From: Histomonas meleagridis 2922-C6/04-290x
Lineage: Eukaryota > Protista > Parabasalia
Assembly: GCA_020184695.1 (NCBI GenBank)
Contig: JAANOX010000061.1
Location: 372,001 to 436,000, forward strand
Reading direction: 5' to 3'
DNA: 64,000 bases
Position numbers and translations under genes: made by a program. The first letter of the stretch is position 1. Each line of letters opens with the position of its first letter. Below, in pieces: positions 34,701 through 44,256 of this stretch. The notes under the pieces were generated by a model that did not search any database, was not told the DNA's origin, and saw only the letters and a program-made list of their open reading frames with translations.

Positions 34701-36205
34701 ATAAAACAAATAAATATCTTTAGCATTAATATCAATTCCTTCTTGTTCAAGAAGTAATTTAACGATTTCTATATGACCATTTGAAGATGCTAAAATAAGT
34801 ACTGTTTTAAATATTTTAAATAATTTCCAAATATTATTTTGAAATATAAAATTATTAAAATAAAAATTATCTTTAGCATTAATATCAATTCCTTCTTGTT
34901 CAAGAAGTAATTTAACTATTTCTGTATGACCATTCCAAGATGCTCTAATAAGTGCTGTTTTAAATATTTCAAATAATTTCCAAATATTATTTTGAAATAT
35001 CATCTTATTAAAATAAATTTCAAATAAAACAAATAAATATCTTTAGCATTAATATCAATTCCTTCTTGTATTAAAATATATTTAACAAGTTCAATATTTC
35101 CTGACTCTGATGAATATATTAATATATTTTTCGGAATTTGATTACTTTCAAGAAAATGTTTAATGAGAAATATGTTTCCAATTATTGCTGCTTCATTAAT
35201 AATGTTTTCGCTAATTGGCATCAATTCTTTGTGTAAAAATATAAAAATTTCATAATTATGAGATGAAATACACTTCTTTCCTAAATCTTCTAATTTTTTA
35301 ATATGACATATTTTATTTTCATATATATATTTAAAGATATCATTTCGATGGAACATAATTGCTGTTTCATATGCACCTTCAAATGATGAATGATTTTGTT
35401 CACATAAATGAATGATTTCTTCATTTCCACCTGCAACTGCATATTTACCTGTATTTTCTACATTTGTATTGTTCATAAGTAAATATTTAAAACATTTTAC
35501 TGATGAAAAAAATGCTGCATAATCAATTAATGTAACATATTTTTGATTAATAAATGAACATCTTTCATATAATGATGGTTCAATTTCTTGATTAAAATCA
35601 AAATTATTTTGTGATGATATTTCTTGAAGTTTTTCGATTTCATCTTTTCGAATTATTTTTGTAATTTCATTCGGATTATGTCCTTCTTTAATTAATTGTT
35701 TATGAAGTTCCCAATCATTCTTTGATAGTTCTTCAATGTTTACCATTTTTCGTTTCAAATATTCATTTTCTTCTAGAAATTTTTTGGACATGTAATGAAT
35801 AAAATATGGCTCTTCTCTTACCTGTTCAACTATGCTTGATTCGCATAAATTTTCTTGAATCATTCTCTCAAGAAAATAATTTGATTCTTGAGAATGTATA
35901 TTTAAAATCATTTTTAAAAAAACTTTATGTATTTTACTTTGAATTTGTTTGTTATCTTCAATTTTTTGTGTTTCTTTAATGAAACTCACATAGACTCCTA
36001 AATCGTTCATTCTTGCTATGAATGATGAATAAATTATTTGACTAATAAGTAAGTTAAATGAATACTGGTAATTATTATCAAATACACCAAATATTGAAAG
36101 AGCTGATTGAAGAACATTTTCTTTATTTAATGAAAATATTATTTCTTGAATAAACTGAATTGTTTCCCAATTGTTCATTTTGGTTTTATCACTTTGTTTC
36201 ATCAT
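31739..36205 (-). CDS. DUF3447-type N-terminus plus about 20 ankyrin modules, each preceded by an AT-rich non-GT-AG spacer
   Basis: ORF 35000-36205 ends in NAKD plus spacer; 31-codon modules (e.g. KTALIRASWNGHTEIVKLLLEQEGIDINAKD) separated by 12x77-nt, 7x60-nt and 1x56-nt spacers; last module WTAYMYAKEN ends at TAA 31739-31741. Confidence 0.8.
31872..35041 (-). repeat. Tandem array of ankyrin module plus spacer units (period 153 or 170 bp)
   Basis: Directly visible; includes a near-identical 4-module block repeated at 778 bp offset. Confidence 0.95.
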
Positions 36206-36279
36206 TTATGAAAAAATGGTCGGGTTTTAAACGGTCAAAAACATGTACGTTAAGTGAATAATTTTTTTTGTGTACTCAG

Positions 36280-36818
36280 TCGATATTATCGGTGCTCTTG
36301 GGTGACGGTGAAGGCGTTTTTTCCCATGTATTTCCCAAGGAATATTCTTGATTCCGACCATTCTCTAACAGTAGATGGTGTCAACACAATAATAAACATT
36401 TATGCTAGCAATGAAAGCATGGAACCGGTGCAGTTTATTCACTTTTTAATAAGGAGAAATGATGGGTTTATTGTTATGCATTCAATTAATGACATAAATC
36501 TTTCGAAATTGCTGAACAATGGTGCGCAGAAATAGACAGTACATTAGGTCAGATGAAAAAACCTATTGTTGTTTGTGGAAATAAATGTGATCTCAATGAT
36601 GATCGTGTTGTCAGTCAATCCGAAGGAGAAGAACTTGCAACAAAAATATGGTGCAAAAATTCTTTGAAACCTCATTAAAGAATAATATTAACATCACTGA
36701 AACATTTTCCGAACTTATCCGGATGATGAGAAGTATGAAAATCTCAAATGAAAAACAAAAAGAACAAAACAATAAAAAGAAAGACAGCTCACATAAAGAA
36801 GTAGGTACAATATGTTAG
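36280..36818 (+). pseudogene. Ras-family small GTPase pseudogene
   Basis: VLLGDG remnant, DGFIVM, IVVCGNKCDL (NKxD), FFETS and basic tail spread over several frames. Confidence 0.75.
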
Positions 36819-37065
36819 TTTTTTCTAGCCAATAAACTGTTAACTTGTAAATGTTAATTTATGCACACGGTGAAGCCTATTTAAAATTGACAATTTAAAA
36901 TTCAACAAGAATCTCTCTTGTTGTACAACAGTACTTAAAGTTGTTTTTAAGAATTTAAAGATGAAGCATTTTGCTGTCTTCTTTCAAAACTCCTCAAGAA
37001 ACAATGTAGCCAAAACATTGAATATTCAATAAGTCAAGTGTTAATGATATGGAGGAAAGAAAGCA

Positions 37066-37494
37066 ATGGCAAAATTAATCGGAAAATACTATCCAGATTT
37101 ATATATTGAACCACCGTTTTATTGTGACTATGGTATAAATATCAAGCCCAAAGGTAATGTTTACTTTAACTATAACTGTATCCTTCTTGATGTATGTCCA
37201 ATTACAATTGGTAATAATACAATGTTTGCACGCAATGTTGAAGTTTACACTGCAACTCGCCCATCTGATGCCAAAACAAGAAATTCCCGGAGAGAATATG
37301 CTAAGCCTATCGCAATCAGTGAGAATTGTTGGATTGGAGGAAGTGCCACAATATGTCCTGGAGTAACAATTGGTGATAACATCGTCGTTGCGGATGGAGC
37401 TGTTGTCGTTAAAGATGTTCCGCCAAACTGCAGAGTAGCTGGAGTTCCTGCTAAAATCATAAAAAGATTACTGCTTCTTGAGGCAGACAAATAA
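37066..37494 (+). CDS. Maltose/galactoside O-acetyltransferase-like (hexapeptide repeat); N-terminus missing or frameshifted
   Basis: YIEPPFYCDYGINI, YFNYNCILLDVCPITIG, CWIGGSATICPGVTIG and AGVPAKIIK motifs. Confidence 0.85.
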   Translation: MAKLIGKYYPDLYIEPPFYCDYGINIKPKGNVYFNYNCILLDVCPITIGNNTMFARNVEVYTATRPSDAKTRNSRREYAKPIAISENCWIGGSATICPGVTIGDNIVVADGAVVVKDVPPNCRVAGVPAKIIKRLLLLEADK

Positions 37495-37966
37495 AAATAA
37501 AATAACGGTAAAATAATGGTGGATAGGAAAAAGTTGTATATTTAAGCATAATGATATTTTTAATAAACTGGATGCAGATCAAATCGAATAAATTAAAAAA
37601 TCATCGGATTTATATTAAAAAACTGAAGTAATAAACCAAGAAAGTAAACGCAAATAACAAGACACTGTCAACCAACTTTCCCTCTTATAGATTTCTTTTT
37701 AATTTTAAAATTATTTGTAATAAAATATTAAAATTAAAATGGTGTGTTGTAAAATTTTGATATCTATGCATAAATCATATATTTCATATATTCTCAAATC
37801 TATTTAATAAACATGTTCTTTCCTTCAGTGAAATAGGTTGGCTAAATATCATATTTTTTGTAAAATGGATAATATCCTGATAAATATTTATAAGAACATT
37901 CAAACCGTTGGAGATTCAGTGCATTGTTATTGTAAAGTATTCAAAAAACGAAATTTTTTTGTTTCA

Positions 37967-38590
37967 ATGAGCAGAGCAGGTTTTTATTTTATCGGTGATA
38001 AAACAGTTGGGAAGACAACAATATGCCATGGCATACGTGCATGCATGTACAAACCAGAGGAAGATCTCTTGTTACTAAAAGAAACAATTTTTTATGGAAA
38101 CAATTATGTGACTAATCTTCCTGATAACAAAAGTAATGTTAGACATCTTTTTGTAGGAGAAGTGTGTGGATGTGTGCCTAACAATATCCGAGAATTAACA
38201 TATTTTGCATATTCGCCAAAATCAATATCAATATGTTTTGTTTGTTATAGTGTTGTTGATCAAACTTCGTTTTTAAATGTAACGAATCTTTGGGTAAAAG
38301 AAATTAAACAACATGAGCTTAATCCGAAAATAATCCTTGTCGGTACTAAAACAGATCTCCGTGAAGATGAAGAGACTCTTGATGAGCTCTTTAAAAATGG
38401 GAAAAGTCCAATTACCACAAAACAAGGAAAAGTTTTAGCAGAAACAATTGGCGCAATTGATTATTTTGAATGCACAGCCACAAACATTGAAACCATTAAA
38501 AGAATATACAATAAGGGGCTTGATTTAATTTATAATGCTAACGATGATAAGATTACAAAAGGTAGCCAATCTTTTTGTTCAATTCAATAA
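37967..38590 (+). CDS. Divergent Rho/Rac-family GTPase
   Basis: Likely ATG at 37967; GDKTVGKT P-loop, LVGTKTDLR, Rho insert, YFECTA, CAAX CSIQ; DTAGQ switch II is replaced. Confidence 0.85.
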   Translation: MSRAGFYFIGDKTVGKTTICHGIRACMYKPEEDLLLLKETIFYGNNYVTNLPDNKSNVRHLFVGEVCGCVPNNIRELTYFAYSPKSISICFVCYSVVDQTSFLNVTNLWVKEIKQHELNPKIILVGTKTDLREDEETLDELFKNGKSPITTKQGKVLAETIGAIDYFECTATNIETIKRIYNKGLDLIYNANDDKITKGSQSFCSIQ

Positions 38591-39159
38591 ATTTTATTCA
38601 AATTTTATTCATTTGCAAATGCACTTTTTCCCATATTTTATTATGATCCTTCAGGGTGTATGACATTTAATTGAAATTTTGGCATGAGAGACCTCATAGA
38701 ATTTTTTGAATTGACTTTTGCTCTGTTGGCGGGTAGCCGAAGTTTAGGCGCCATTTTCATTTTTGATGTTTGCAATCATCATTCACTTCCTCATCTAATC
38801 AACAATATATGTTCCAACTTACTGATGATAAAATTGAAGAAGTAATAAAGAACATTTAATAAGAAACAAATTACAAATTCTTTTTTATAAAACAACTGAG
38901 AAAAAAACAAACAATAATTGAGATACAAACAAACAATAACTGAGACACAAATAAGAATAAAAACATCAAATTAAAATCATGAAATGTAAAGTATAGAAAA
39001 AGATATATATGTATAAAAAAATGACAAAAAATACATATGATATGAAAAACAGCACATTAACAAAACATGAAATAAGAATAAAGTATAAAATGACACATAT
39101 AAATACACACAATTACGAAAATACATTATGTAGTCAACCTAAAAATAAATTTCCAGGTA

Positions 39160-41820
39160 CCTGACACTTTTTGAGTTGGTGACGGTTATGTTCCATCACA
39201 CTTCCATTCAACCTTGAACCATACTACATTACGTTTTTCTTTGTAATTATACCTGATATCATGATCAATTATCCTGTTTATTTCGTATTCCATCTAATTA
39301 AATGACACTATTGTTCTCTTCTTTGGTCATTCGACTTTTTGAAATATTTAAATTTCATAATTATACTTTTGTGGCAATATTATGATGTGTTCCATTCAAT
39401 GTTATACGCCATTTGGCATCATATTATCTTACCCACTTTTTCAATGATGATTATATTGTCACTTTCCTCGTAAACCATTCAATTGATATTAGTAAATATG
39501 ATGTTTTTCATATCATATGTTTTTTTTGTCACTTTTCTATTTTGATTTGACTAAGTCTGTTTAACATTTGTAATTTTTTTATATAAGTATAAAGTATCCA
39601 AAGAATGGAATCAGTAAACAATCTAGGCTCTGATAAATGATGGTTTGACAGTTACCTTAACCTAGTTATCTGACATATTTTTTTTATTCTTAATACTAAT
39701 TGACATATTTATAAATTTTAATTGTATTGTGACATTTGTGATTTTTATTCAATTTTTATCGTAGGTAATTGAATTTATTTTGATGTGTTTTTGACATTCT
39801 TTCAATTAATTTTTTAATTTGATGTTTAGTCAGTTGTAAAAACATTTATTTTTTTTTTCGGTTTTTTCGATATAATTTTTTTTCTTTTTGACTATGCACA
39901 TTAGTGATAATAACAAAGTTTGTTCACTCAATGGGCTATTAAATTTCTTTTTTTCTTTTTCTTTATTTTATAAAATTTAATCCCCCTCCCCCAAAGAGAG
40001 CCCTAATGGCGAATGAGTGCATTTATCACAAACCTGCAGTAGCCCGACTCCGCGGAGCACTTTTTTATAAAAGGGCGTAGACAGGTGATCAGTATAAAGT
40101 GTACTAGAGGTGGGGGTCAGGTTTGATTCTATTTTTGAAAGGAGACCGTTATTTTAGGACGTTCATAAATAAAAAGATTTTCACACTCCCCCTCATTCCA
40201 AGGGGACGTTAAACGGCTGGTACCTTGCGAATGATATAAACTGGTACGAATAAATCGAGAGTACGATAGATCGAAAATTAAAAGGATGTTTTGTCTACTT
40301 ATCAAAATTGAATAGGGGATTATTTCCGATTTTTTAGCAAAAGTCTCTTTTTAATTCAAATTATTCATTAAATTTTCTAATCTTTCTTCTCTAAGTTTAT
40401 TTTCGTCGAATCTTAATTTACAGAACCATCGACTTTTACATTGTACAGGACTTCTGTTTTGCAAACATATGGAAATATATTTTTATTGATGACCAAATTT
40501 GCAATTCATATCGTATGAAACTTTATCTTCTTCTTCTGACCAAGGACAGTATGTTCTCATGTTAGAAATAATTTCTTTAAATTCCTTTTCTAAACCTAAA
40601 AACCTTGAAATTGTACCTCCATTCATTTCAAGACAAAGCCGTAAACGGTCTCCAAAACCCAAACAAAGATTGTTAATTAATGAAATGTCCAAATTGTCCC
40701 ATGTCTGTTCCAAGATCAATTTCAACTTATCCAGATCTTTTGGGGACCTCTTGTAAATTATTTGCTTCATTATAGCCCAGAGCAACTCGATTGGGTTTAG
40801 GTCAGGTGAGTTGGCCGGCCAATCATCTATTACATCGACACGATCCTCAAGCCACTCCATAGATTGTACTGAAGTATGGCACCGAGCCCCATCCTGAACA
40901 TAAATCCAATCAAGCTTACATGGGTTTTGTTTATATCCTCAATAAAATTGGAAGCTTCCATGTTTTGTATATATTGTCCTGAGTCAATTAATTTATCTAC
41001 AATTACTAATTCGCTCTTGTACCCAAATAATATCACACCATAGATCATTACAGATTTTGAAAATTTGGCCTTTTTTATAATTGTTTCTTCGACATACTCG
41101 CCTTTTCTCATCCACATCCATTCATAATCTTTTCCCGAGACAAATCGCGATTCATCAGAGAAAGCGATCTTGTCAAGATATGATTTTTGTGTGAGTATCT
41201 TTTTGCAAATTCGATTCTTGCTTCTATTTGTTGAGGCGTTAAATCTTGTTCTATTTTACAAGGTCTATAACGAAATTTCATTTCGTTTCTGACCTTTGTA
41301 ACAGATTGATGAAAAATCGATAAATGAAAACATTCTTCAATTTTATCCGCTAATTCTTTTGAATATAATGTTGGTTCAAGAAGGGTCTTTAATTCTATAA
41401 ATTCTTTAATTTTATTTGTAATAACAACTGGTCTTCCTCTTTTTGTTGCATCAGGTACTTGACCAGTATTGGTGTATGCTTTAATTGTACTGCTTATCCT
41501 GTTAGTACCTACATGAAGGGTATTTGCTATTGTTTGATAGTTGTGCCCTAATTTGTACATTTCTATTATTGACTGTTCTTTGTTCCACGGAGTCATCTGA
41601 TCTAAATTTACAAACGGTGTTTATTGAAAAAATTCAATATGTTCTCTCGAGCTCGGATTATTTGTACCAGTTTATTACGTGTAAAAATCTATCATTTTTT
41701 CTCATAACGGTCGCCTATCGTTCGGAATTGAATACTTTATTTTATAAATTCAATTCGTTTTGATCGGCACGGGACGATACGCATTTTTCTCATAACGGTC
41801 GCCAACTCAAAAAGTTAAGG
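39160..41820 (-). mobile_element. Tc1-family DD34E transposon with TIRs and TA target duplication
   Basis: Left end CCTGACACTTTTTGAGTTGGTGACGGTTATG versus the reverse complement of the right end CCTTAACTTTTTGAGTTGGCGACCGTTATG; TA at 39158-39159 and 41821-41822. Confidence 0.85.
40351..41596 (-). pseudogene. Tc1 transposase (two frameshifts, one stop) with C-terminal Myb domain
   Basis: HTH N-terminus; FSDESRF, QDGARCH and WPANSPDLNPIE with D-34-E spacing; then PWSEEED...GHQ*KYISICLQNRSPVQCKSRW. Confidence 0.9.
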
Positions 41821-41847
41821 TACCTTAAATACAATTATAGGTAAACT

Positions 41848-42849
41848 TTATTGTATCAAATGAATTATTAATTCATTTGAGTTTAATTCAGATTGATAGA
41901 ATAAGTCATCTGGAGACTTAATTTCTATTTCGTTAGATCTTCTTTTTAAAGCATTTATATCTTCATCAGATATTCCTTCGAAGCACTGTTCTATGCTATG
42001 ATTTGAAGTAATTATAAATTTAGAGCAACCATGGTACATTACAATTGAACTTCCTTCAATTTCACAAAGGAATGGATAACGATCTCCCCAAATTTTCATG
42101 TGTTGAATTAGATATTTTTCATCAGATGGGAAATCATCTAGTATCACAACTTTGTGATCACCGATAATGTAACCATCCCACCATTTGTTAAATGCCTTTG
42201 GGTATACTAGATGTCCTGGTACCTTATGTGCCCATCTAGATTTTCCTATTCCAGGAAGTCCCCAAATCCGGTAGTTTATATTAAGCAACTCTCCTTGATA
42301 TGTTCCACTATTTTGCATATTTCTTAACATATGTGCTCTTTTTACTGTTAATATTTGGTTACGATGAATGATCATTTCACGTGGGTATTTACTCTCCAAT
42401 TCTTCAATATTCAATTCCTTGATATCATTCATCAACATTGCATAATATCTATCTTCTTCCAATCTTCTGCAACAATTTTTGCTTAATTCTCCAAATTCCC
42501 AATATTTATCTCCTTTTTTACAATATCTTATATTAACATCTTCAGCAGATCTTGAAGGTTCTAAATAAAATCCTCCTATTCCTACTTTACTTATTAATGT
42601 ATTTTTTATTGACTTCTTCTTTTCATGAAAATATATTTGCAAATGTTGAGTTCCTGTTGTTGGTGCCACTTCTTTACCAATAATACCATATTTACAATTT
42701 GTACTAATAAATAATTTGAAAGCTGAATATGATTCCTCTGTATAATTATTTACTGTTGCTTTAGGGTTGACTTCTGATACTCTTCTTTGCTGTTCCAAAG
42801 TTCTTCTTGCTTGTTGCGCCTCTACACTTCTTCTAGCCATAATTAACAA
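41848..42849 (-). CDS. rep: CRESS-DNA-virus-like Rep (HUH endonuclease plus SF3 helicase), endogenous viral element
   Basis: Motif I-like ATVNN, II HLQ, III YCKK; Walker A GLPGIGKS, KWWDGY, Walker B ILDDF, DRYP, motif C ITSN, Arg finger ALKRR. Confidence 0.92.
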   Translation of the reverse strand: MLIMARRSVEAQQARRTLEQQRRVSEVNPKATVNNYTEESYSAFKLFISTNCKYGIIGKEVAPTTGTQHLQIYFHEKKKSIKNTLISKVGIGGFYLEPSRSAEDVNIRYCKKGDKYWEFGELSKNCCRRLEEDRYYAMLMNDIKELNIEELESKYPREMIIHRNQILTVKRAHMLRNMQNSGTYQGELLNINYRIWGLPGIGKSRWAHKVPGHLVYPKAFNKWWDGYIIGDHKVVILDDFPSDEKYLIQHMKIWGDRYPFLCEIEGSSIVMYHGCSKFIITSNHSIEQCFEGISDEDINALKRRSNEIEIKSPDDLFYQSELNSNELIIHLIQ

Positions 42850-43365
42850 ATGGTTCTGCCAAATTTATTTATGCCACCACTTTTTCAAATAAAGTATTCA
42901 ATTGACATAATGTAATATTCAAAGATATTTCATATCATGTGTCAAAAGCAAGTTCCTAACTTGACACTTTGTGGGAATATTCATTTTTATTTTTAGATCT
43001 ATGGAATATAAAGAATCTTTTGATAATTTTAACTTCAGTGATAATGATTTTAATGATTTCAATAATGTTTATCCTGAAACCTTACGTTCGGAATACGAAG
43101 AAAAACCTTATCAAATAATTCTGTACCTTTCTAACGGTGATATTACAACATGATTTCTTTCGTAAGTGAAAACAAATGATTTGTCATAACTATTTATCTG
43201 TAATGTACATATACCATTTGATTATGTATCAGATGTTTTTGATTGATTACTGTATACAACACTGTTTTTTTTCATTAATGCTCTAACTATATTTTCGATT
43301 TTTTCAAACTGTGAATTTGACATTTTTAATAAGATAAAAATGTATAAAAGGTAGGTATATAATGC

Positions 43366-43442
43366 GGTCGGGAATGATCACGAGGACCCTAGGGGCCCCG
43401 CCGGGGGCGGGGCCCCTAGGGTCCTCGTGATCATTCCCGACC
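43366..43442. other. Perfect 37-bp GC-rich inverted repeat (3-nt loop)
   Basis: GGTCGGGAATGATCACGAGGACCCTAGGGGCCCCGCC-GGG-exact reverse complement. Confidence 0.97.
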
Positions 43443-43456
43443 TTAAGTTTTCACTG

Positions 43457-43491
43457 GGGGGATTGGAGGCCTCAGACCCCTCCAATCCCCC
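43457..43491. other. 13-bp GC-rich stem with 9-nt loop
   Basis: GGGGGATTGGAGG-CCTCAGACC-CCTCCAATCCCCC. Confidence 0.9.
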
Positions 43492-43656
43492 GAGTGTGCT
43501 CGCTCCGCTAATCATAATGATTTTTGTGAGCCATACAATTCGTCTGAAAATTTGAATGCGCATTCAATTTTGAGAGAACTCGAAACTTTTTGATAGGAAC
43601 GATAGCACTTTTAGCACCACTTTTCGCATAAATATATCAAAAACCTCACATAACCA

Positions 43657-43965
43657 ACACGAATTGTCCCCGGTTATCTTTGGTCGGACATTTATCCTAT
43701 TCAAAATCCTAGATATATAGTAGTACAACAATGTAAGTGTAAATTTATAGAATATTTAGTATTTGATGTTTCAATGCATGCTGATTTCATTGAACGTGAT
43801 CATTATGAAGATTATTTTTGTATTTATACGAATGAAAATAGAACTAAATATAAGAAATATGGATATAAAAGTAGAAAACCAAATTTTAAAATATGGTTTA
43901 AAGAAATGAATGGTAAAGAAATTGAACCAGAATATTTTATGTTAGAATTATTATTAATTTATTAA
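43657..43965 (+). pseudogene. Small beta-rich virus-like (single jelly-roll/penton-like) ORF
   Basis: Open frame QNPRYIVVQQCKC..MHADFIE..YFCIY..NFKIWFKEMNGKEI..FMLELLLIY; beta-strand pattern; start disrupted. The fold call is inference. Confidence 0.4.
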
Positions 43966-44256
43966 ATAAAAATCATTTTTTATCGATGTTTAGTATTGAG
44001 AATGCTACGAAAGAATATTATTAAAATAAAATATTATTTATATATATTGTTTTGAAACTATTCCAAATCCCAGGCGTCCTTAAAGAACACCTGTGTTCCA
44101 TTTGTCATAGTTTAGTTTCAAAAATTCATTATAATTTAATAAATTTTTCATTTTTTCGAATGATTTGACATGAATATTGCATGTTTCTTCGGTTACTGAA
44201 AGGTTAACTTTTTGTGATTTTGTAACCCTTGAATTTTTTATATATGTTTTGCATGA

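Noticed and set aside
34962-35041. Gene-60-style ribosomal hop with matched take-off and landing codons
   Set aside because: For a 68-nt skip in the first spacer, the candidate codon pairs (GAT/TTT, ATT/GAA, TAT/ATA, TTG/TTT) do not match. Unmatched bypass cannot be excluded.
31872-35041. CRISPR-like array
   Set aside because: Eukaryotic context, no cas genes, and the variable units are paralogous ankyrin coding modules rather than foreign spacers.
34951-35045. Ankyrin spacers as spliceosomal introns ending at ACAG (or as AT-AC U12 introns)
   Set aside because: The ACAG is the T-A codons of TAL and is absent in TPL, TSL and NAF modules. Using it would delete conserved residues. There is no GT donor, ATATCCT donor or ACTAAC branch motif.
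42880-42930. CRESS nonanucleotide origin (GAATATTAC on the minus strand upstream of rep)
   Set aside because: No flanking stem, and it is expected by chance in AT-rich DNA.
43378-43563. 61-aa ORF across the GC hairpins
   Set aside because: It is open only because the palindromes are GC-rich; no protein features.
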